Of a stretch of 64,000 bases of DNA, positions 58,966 to 64,000 are shown piece after piece; positions within the stretch are counted from its first letter, which is position 1, and every line of letters starts with the position of its first letter. The translations under genes were made by a program, and so were the position numbers. Source of the stretch: an uncultured Lachnospiraceae bacterium. Its GTDB lineage: Bacteria; Bacillota; Clostridia; Oscillospirales; CAG-272. Location: contig CAZFTE010000004.1 of NCBI GenBank assembly GCA_964521785.1, positions 9,724 to 73,723 of the forward strand, given 5' to 3'. The notes under the pieces are model-generated. The model saw only the letters and a list, made by a program, of their open reading frames with translations. It was not told the origin of the DNA and ran no database searches.

Positions 58966-59433
58966 ATGGACTGGCTATTGGATCTATTCACAAATCCCTA
59001 TTTGATAACTGCACTTTCATCTTGGGCTGTGGCACAGGTCGTGAAGACCGTGATACATCTCATAATGAACAAAAAATTGGATATCAATCGTCTTTTCGGC
59101 GATGGCGGTATGCCGAGCGGTCATTCCGCCACGGTCGTGTCGCTCGCCGTTATAACCGCGCTCATAAACGGCACGGGCAGCGCCATATTTGCGCTCTCCG
59201 CCGTATTCGCGATAATCGTTTGCCATGATGCGAAAGGCGTTCGCCGCGAAACAGGTAAACAGGCGATCATTCTCAACGATCTTATAGAGCTTCTCAGTTT
59301 GCCTATGAAAGACGTCAAACAACGAGATATCAAGCTCAAAGAATTTGTCGGGCATACGCCCGTGCAAGTCGTTGTCGGCGCTATGGTCGGCGCCGCAAAT
59401 GCGATCTTAATGTACAACATCTTTTTCAAATAA
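58966..59433 (+). CDS. divergent PAP2 / DUF212 family membrane protein
   Basis: 155 aa. GGMPSGHSATV and HTPVQV motifs are typical of the acid phosphatase/vanadium-haloperoxidase-related family. Confidence 0.8.
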   Translation: MDWLLDLFTNPYLITALSSWAVAQVVKTVIHLIMNKKLDINRLFGDGGMPSGHSATVVSLAVITALINGTGSAIFALSAVFAIIVCHDAKGVRRETGKQAIILNDLIELLSLPMKDVKQRDIKLKEFVGHTPVQVVVGAMVGAANAILMYNIFFK

Positions 59434-59440
59434 TAATAGA

Positions 59441-59476
59441 AAACAACGGATATCGAGCAATATCCGTTGTTTTTTC
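59441..59476 (+). terminator. rho-independent terminator
   Basis: AAACAACGGATA-TCGAGCAA-TATCCGTTGTTT followed by TTTTC. Confidence 0.85.
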
Positions 59477-59587
59477 TTATTTGTAAATAATTGTTTTTCT
59501 ATGCTTGACTAAACAAGGAATATGTGATATAATGAACGCGATATAGGGTATCGGTATTATGATTTATTGACGATGAGGTGATTATAC

Positions 59588-60052
59588 ATGGCGGAAAAAG
59601 ACAAAAAATACGCGGCGCAAAATCGCAAAGCGCGCCATGATTACTTTGTGGAGGAGACTTACGAGGCGGGAATAGTTCTTTCCGGAACGGAAGTTAAATC
59701 CATACGCGCAGGCACTGTCAATATGAAAGATTCCTACTGCTATATCGAGCAAGGAGAGCTTTTTGCAACGGGTATACACATAAGTCCTTATGAAAAGGGC
59801 AATATATTCAATGTGGATCCTATGCGCGACAGAAAGCTCCTTATGCATAAGAAAGAGATATTGAAGCTCTTTATGAAGGTCGGCAAGGAGGGTTATACTC
59901 TCGTTCCGCTTTCGATGTATTTTTCGGGAAAGAACGTAAAAGTCGAAGTCGGCGTCTGCAAAGGTAAAAAGCTTTGGGACAAGCGTGAGACAGCGGCTCT
60001 TAAAGCCGAGAAGCGCGATATAGACCGCTACGAACGCGAAAGATATAAATGA
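59588..60052 (+). CDS. smpB: SsrA-binding protein
   Basis: 154 aa. QNRKARHDY...GTEVKSIR...NISPYE...[10 protein letters not shown]. Confidence 0.95.
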   Translation: MAEKDKKYAAQNRKARHDYFVEETYEAGIVLSGTEVKSIRAGTVNMKDSYCYIEQGELFATGIHISPYEKGNIFNVDPMRDRKLLMHKKEILKLFMKVGKEGYTLVPLSMYFSGKNVKVEVGVCKGKKLWDKRETAALKAEKRDIDRYERERYK

Positions 60053-60093
60053 TCTTTAAAAAATATTGCAATGTCCGAGACATTGCTCCACAT

Positions 60094-60447
60094 GGGGGCG
60101 TAATGGTTTCGACGGGGATCTTGCAGTATGGTAAGCGAGCCGAGATGTGGCAACTCGTTAAACAACCTCAAACTTAAAATTAAACGCTAACAATAATAAA
60201 GTAGCTCTCGCTGCCTAAGTGCGGCGATGTCCGCCCGATGAGTACCGCGACTTCGGCTCGGGCATAACACAGCGGTGAACGCGCACAGCCATTTTGCTTT
60301 TGAAGCTGTCGTGTATAAAAAAGCTACTCTCTTTTTCAGCCTGTTTATCGGCGGTCAAAGAGGGGAAATCCAATAGATAAACTTTGCTCGAAGAAAGCTA
60401 TATGAATAGGTTTTCGGACAGGGGTTCGATTCCCCTCGCCTCCACCA
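60094..60447 (+). ncRNA. ssrA: tmRNA (SsrA)
   Basis: 5' GGGGGCGTAATGGTTTCGACGGGG. 3' GGACAGGGGTTCGATTCCCCTCGCCTCCACCA with the G3:U wobble in the acceptor stem. The tag frame 60186-60218 is GCT AAC AAT AAT AAA GTA GCT CTC GCT GCC TAA (ANNNKVALAA). It lies directly downstream of smpB. Confidence 0.92.
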
Positions 60448-60567
60448 GCAGGCAGTGCCTGCACCCAATTATGTTTGAGTGCAGTGCCATGCCAAACCTA
60501 ATACCAAGATGGTGCGGTTCGGATATAGCTCCTACTGCTCCAACAACGGCAAGCTGCTTTGCCATAG

Positions 60568-60600
60568 AACGCCTTGCTTTTGCATGGCGTTTTATTTTTT
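60568..60600 (+). terminator. intrinsic terminator about 120 nt after the tmRNA CCA end
   Basis: AACGCCTTGC-TTTT-GCATGGCGTT (one mismatch) followed by TTATTTTTTG. Only 26 nt separate it from the next ATG. Confidence 0.7.
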
Positions 60601-60626
60601 GTTTTCGAAAAAAGAAAGGAGATTCC

Positions 60627-61703
60627 ATGATAATCACAAGAGAAATGGGTACGGTATTGCCAGACACTACTATGTCTTCCCCAGTATATCTTGACGTTAA
60701 AAACGCTCCGTTTAAGCTCTATGGATTCAGCGAGCCTTTTCGCCGCGTTCCCACGGAAGTCGCGGAAGCAACGAGCGAAGGCGTAAAGATCCTTGCAAAG
60801 ATGTCCTCCGGCGGCAGAGTTCGTTTCCGCACGAACTCGAATTTTATCGTGATACACGGAGACTATGTTACTTCGGGAGCCATAAACACGAGCGCCTTTG
60901 TGGCAACGAGCAGTTTTGATATGTTCTTCTATGAAGGAAACGGCGAACACGCTTTCCGCGGCATATTCAATCCTTCTCAGGGCGGCGGAAGATCGTATGT
61001 GGAGAGCCGCATAAAATTCGTGGATAACGAGATGAAAGATATCATACTCTATTTCCCGCTGAGAGCCGATCTTAAAAATGTTTATATCGGTCTTTGTGAG
61101 GGATGCGAGATAAGTGAGGGAAGCGAATACACATATTCAGATCCCGTTGTCTTCTATGGTTCTTCTATCGTTCACGGCGAGGGACTGTTGCGCTCCAGCT
61201 CCTCTTATCCCGCGGTGCTTTCGCGCCGCTTGGATTGCGATTTCGTAAACCTCGGATTCAGCGGTTGCGCTCGCGCCGAAAAAGCCATGATGGAATATAT
61301 CGCGGGACTTGACATGAGCGTGTTCGTGTACGATTATGATTACAACGCCGATTCTTACGACTATCTTGAAAAAACTCATTACGAGGGTTATAAGATATTC
61401 CGCGAAAAGCACCCGAATACTCCCGTAATATTTGCTTCTCGCCCTAATTATTGGACGAGAAATTATGCTTTTGAAAATTATTCTTTGAGCTGGGTCGAGA
61501 AGCGCCGCAAACTTATAGAATCCAACTATGAGCGCGCCAAAGCCGAGGGAGACGAAAACGTGTATTTCGTTGATGGTTCAAAAATGTTCCCCGAAGGCTT
61601 GCGCGATGATTGCACGATGGATGGTTGCCACCCGAACGATCTCGGATATTATTTCATGGCAAATGCATTCGAAGAAGTGCTTCGTCCACTTTTGAAAAAA
61701 TAA
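60627..61703 (+). CDS. SGNH/GDSL-type hydrolase paralogue 1 (GxDLY-like N-domain plus esterase domain)
   Basis: The true start is ATG 60627 (AAGGAG SD); the track ORF 60384.. reads through the tmRNA. VVFYGSSIVHG (block I), YDYDYN (block III), MDGCHPND (block V DxxH). No signal peptide. Confidence 0.8.
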   Translation: MIITREMGTVLPDTTMSSPVYLDVKNAPFKLYGFSEPFRRVPTEVAEATSEGVKILAKMSSGGRVRFRTNSNFIVIHGDYVTSGAINTSAFVATSSFDMFFYEGNGEHAFRGIFNPSQGGGRSYVESRIKFVDNEMKDIILYFPLRADLKNVYIGLCEGCEISEGSEYTYSDPVVFYGSSIVHGEGLLRSSSSYPAVLSRRLDCDFVNLGFSGCARAEKAMMEYIAGLDMSVFVYDYDYNADSYDYLEKTHYEGYKIFREKHPNTPVIFASRPNYWTRNYAFENYSLSWVEKRRKLIESNYERAKAEGDENVYFVDGSKMFPEGLRDDCTMDGCHPNDLGYYFMANAFEEVLRPLLKK

Positions 61704-61721
61704 ATTTTGTGAGGTTAGATC

Positions 61722-62777
61722 ATGATAGTAACAAGAGAAATGGGTACGGTATTGCCCGATACGACGATGACATCGCCCGTATACCTCGATGTAAAGAACA
61801 GTCCGTTTAAACTTTACGGTTTTTGCGAACCTTTCCGTCGCGTTCCCGTTGACGTTGCGGAAGCATCGAGCGAAAGAGTCGCATTGCTTGCAGGTAACTC
61901 CGCAGGCGGCAGAGTTCGCTTTAAGACTGACTCCGATTTTATAGTTATCCACGGCGATCATTATTACACAGAGACCGGCAATTTGGTGCCTTATGTTGAG
62001 ATCGCGGGATTCGATGTCTTTTTCACCGAAAACGGCAAGCAGAAATATAAAGGCGTTTTCATCGGTTCGCAAGGTCCGAATAAGACATATATCGAAAGCA
62101 GACTTCGTTATGACAACGAAATGAAAGAAGTAACTATTTACTTCCCGATAAGCACATCGTTCAGCAATGTTTATATCGGACTTCGCGAAGGTTGCCATAT
62201 CGAAGAGGCAGATCCCTATACATATGAAACTCCTGTTGTTTTCTATGGTTCTTCCATAGTTCACGGTATCGGCGCTATACGTCCCAGCTCCGCATACCCC
62301 GCTACGATCTCTCGCCGTTTGGATACGAACTTTGTAAACCTCGGCTTCGGTAGCGGCGCCTGCGCCGAAAAAGCGATAATGGAATATATCTCGGGACTTG
62401 AAATGAGCGTATTCGTTTACGATTACGACCACAACACCCCCTCTTACGAGCATCTCGAACAGACGCATTATGCGGGCTATAAGATATTCCGCGAAAAGCA
62501 GCCCGACATTCCTGTTATATTCGCTTCGCGAGTTGACTACTACCACGGCAATGTGGAGATGAACGAAAAGACACGCTCGCTCATCAAAGCCAACTATAAG
62601 CGAGCAAAAGCGGAGGGCGACAAGAACGTATACTTTATTGACGGTTCTAAGATATATCCCGATGATATCGTTTTGCGCGATGAATGTTCGATGGAGGGTT
62701 GCCACCCGAACGACCTCGGATATTATTTGATGGCAAACACATTCGGAGAAATAATCAGCCCCCTTTTGAAAAAATAA
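61722..62777 (+). CDS. SGNH/GDSL-type hydrolase paralogue 2
   Basis: 351 aa with the same architecture. VVFYGSSIVHG, YDYDHN, MEGCHPND (Glu in place of the block V Asp). An 18-nt spacer with a GTGAGG SD. Confidence 0.8.
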   Translation: MIVTREMGTVLPDTTMTSPVYLDVKNSPFKLYGFCEPFRRVPVDVAEASSERVALLAGNSAGGRVRFKTDSDFIVIHGDHYYTETGNLVPYVEIAGFDVFFTENGKQKYKGVFIGSQGPNKTYIESRLRYDNEMKEVTIYFPISTSFSNVYIGLREGCHIEEADPYTYETPVVFYGSSIVHGIGAIRPSSAYPATISRRLDTNFVNLGFGSGACAEKAIMEYISGLEMSVFVYDYDHNTPSYEHLEQTHYAGYKIFREKQPDIPVIFASRVDYYHGNVEMNEKTRSLIKANYKRAKAEGDKNVYFIDGSKIYPDDIVLRDECSMEGCHPNDLGYYLMANTFGEIISPLLKK

Positions 62778-62796
62778 AGATTTGTGAGGATAGATC

Positions 62797-63870
62797 ATGA
62801 TAGTAACAAGAGAAATGGGTACAGTATTGCCCGATACGACGATGACATCGCCCGTATACCTCGATGTAAAAAACAGCCCCTTTAAGCTTTACGGCTTTTG
62901 CGAACCGTTCCGCCGTCTTCCCGTTGACGTTGCCGAAGCAACGGGCGGAAGCATTACGGTAAGCGCAGGCAATTCCGCGGGCGGCAGAATACGCTTTAAG
63001 ACCAATTCGGATTTTATCGTGGTTCATGGCGATCATTACTATACGGAAAAAAATAATCACACGATGAGCTTCGTTACCGCAAGGGGCTTTGATATATATG
63101 TTACCGAAAACGGAAAACAGCAGTTCTGTGGTATTTTCCATGGCTCTCAGCCCGATGAAAAATCATACACGGAAAGCAGACTTCGCTTCGCTGGAAAAAT
63201 GAATGAATTTACTATCTATTTTCCCATTACGACATCGTTCGAAAACGTTTATATCGGACTTCGCGAAGGAAGCGAGATAGAGCCGGCAGATGATTATAAG
63301 TATGAAAAGCAGATCGTTTTTTACGGTTCTTCTATCGTTCACGGTGCTGTTGCTTCGCGCCCATCACTTGTATATACTTCCGTACTTTCGCGCAGACTTG
63401 ATTCCAACTTTATAAATCTTGGCTTTGGCGGTGCCGCAAAAGCAGAAAGATCCATTATGGAATACATCGCGGGACTTGATATGAGCATATTCGTTTACGA
63501 CTATGACCACAATGCTCCCACGCCTGAATATTTGGCACAGACACATTACGCGGGCTATAAGACCGTTCGCGAGAAACACCCCGATACACCGATAATTTTC
63601 GCTTCTCGCTCTAATTATTGGACTCGCAACTACATTTTTGAAACGACCACGCTCGAAGAATCCGAGGAACGTCGTTCGATTATCGAGGAAAATTACAAAC
63701 GCGCCGTAGCGGAAGGAGATAAAAACGTATACTTTGTTGACGGCTCGAAGATGTACCCCGAGGATATGAGGGGAGATTGCACTGTAGATGGTTGCCATCC
63801 CAATGATATTGGTTGTCAATATATGGCGGATGCATTCGAAAAAGTCATTCGTCCTATTTTGGAAAAATAA
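62797..63870 (+). CDS. SGNH/GDSL-type hydrolase paralogue 3
   Basis: 357 aa. IVFYGSSIVHG, YDYDHN, VDGCHPND. A 19-nt spacer with a GTGAGG SD. Confidence 0.8.
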   Translation: MIVTREMGTVLPDTTMTSPVYLDVKNSPFKLYGFCEPFRRLPVDVAEATGGSITVSAGNSAGGRIRFKTNSDFIVVHGDHYYTEKNNHTMSFVTARGFDIYVTENGKQQFCGIFHGSQPDEKSYTESRLRFAGKMNEFTIYFPITTSFENVYIGLREGSEIEPADDYKYEKQIVFYGSSIVHGAVASRPSLVYTSVLSRRLDSNFINLGFGGAAKAERSIMEYIAGLDMSIFVYDYDHNAPTPEYLAQTHYAGYKTVREKHPDTPIIFASRSNYWTRNYIFETTTLEESEERRSIIEENYKRAVAEGDKNVYFVDGSKMYPEDMRGDCTVDGCHPNDIGCQYMADAFEKVIRPILEK

Positions 63871-63888
63871 ATTTTGTGAGGATTTATC

Positions 63889-64000
63889 ATGATAGTAACA
63901 AGAGAAATGGGTACAGTATTGCCCGACACAACAATGTCTTCTCCCGTTTATTTGGATGTGAGAAAAGAACCTTTCAGACTTTGTGGTTTCAGCGAACCCT
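63889..64000 (+). CDS. SGNH/GDSL-type hydrolase paralogue 4 (5' part, truncated by window end)
   Basis: MIVTREMGTVLPDTTMSSPVYLDVRKEPFRLCGFSEP... has the same conserved N-terminus, an 18-nt spacer and a GTGAGG SD. Confidence 0.7.
   Translation, partial: MIVTREMGTVLPDTTMSSPVYLDVRKEPFRLCGFSEP

Larger units (their letters stand above)
60606..64000 (+). repeat. tandem gene-sized repeat (about 1.08 kb unit, at least 3.1 copies)
   Basis: Each unit is a spacer (TTTGTGAGG..ATC) plus an ORF. The 5' roughly 140 nt of units 2 and 3 are nearly identical at nucleotide level, while the bodies are much more diverged. Confidence 0.75.

Noticed and set aside
60384-60626. N-terminal extension of track ORF 60384..61703, which would add 81 aa to the first SGNH hydrolase.
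   Set aside because: The extension overlaps the 3' end of the tmRNA and its terminator. The paralogues all start at the conserved MI(I/V)TREMG preceded by an SD, so the true start is 60627.
60094-64000. A genomic island or prophage integrated at ssrA.
   Set aside because: No integrase, no duplicated tmRNA 3' segment and no phage or mobile genes are visible within the window. It is kept only as a hypothesis to test by extending the contig.

Overview
About 64 kb of gene-dense chromosome from an endospore-forming Firmicute. The gene content is Clostridia-like: spoIIGA-sigE, a complete spoIIIAA-AH operon, an ispH-S1 fusion, a type III glutamine synthetase, and smpB-ssrA. I can support about 60 protein genes, one tRNA-Thr(CGU), one tmRNA, and a set of intrinsic terminators and sigma-A-type promoters. 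Most of the window is ordinary housekeeping: glnA, manA, ackA, dapA, cmk, plsC, rsmA, murD, rpmE, hflX, dnaG, rpoD, tex, an amino-acid ABC transporter and an ABC-F ATPase. I see no CRISPR array, transposase, integrase, prophage or recognisable multi-gene defence island. The items most worth a second look are these. (1) A head-to-tail array of at least four diverged SGNH/GDSL-hydrolase paralogues starts just after ssrA and runs off the window. (2) An alanine/glycine:cation symporter gene is interrupted by one in-frame TGA. (3) An orphan 192-aa protein has uracil-DNA-glycosylase-like motifs. (4) A Na+-decarboxylase operon carries two different carboxyltransferases, followed 8 nt later by an uncharacterised 344-aa gene. 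(5) A DivIVA-domain protein with seven 33-bp tandem repeats is coupled to an orphan fumarase beta subunit. (6) A 1066-aa lipoprotein has a solute-binding-protein-like N-terminal half but no transporter partner. All product calls come from reading the translations by eye; no database search was possible, and percent identities are rough visual estimates.
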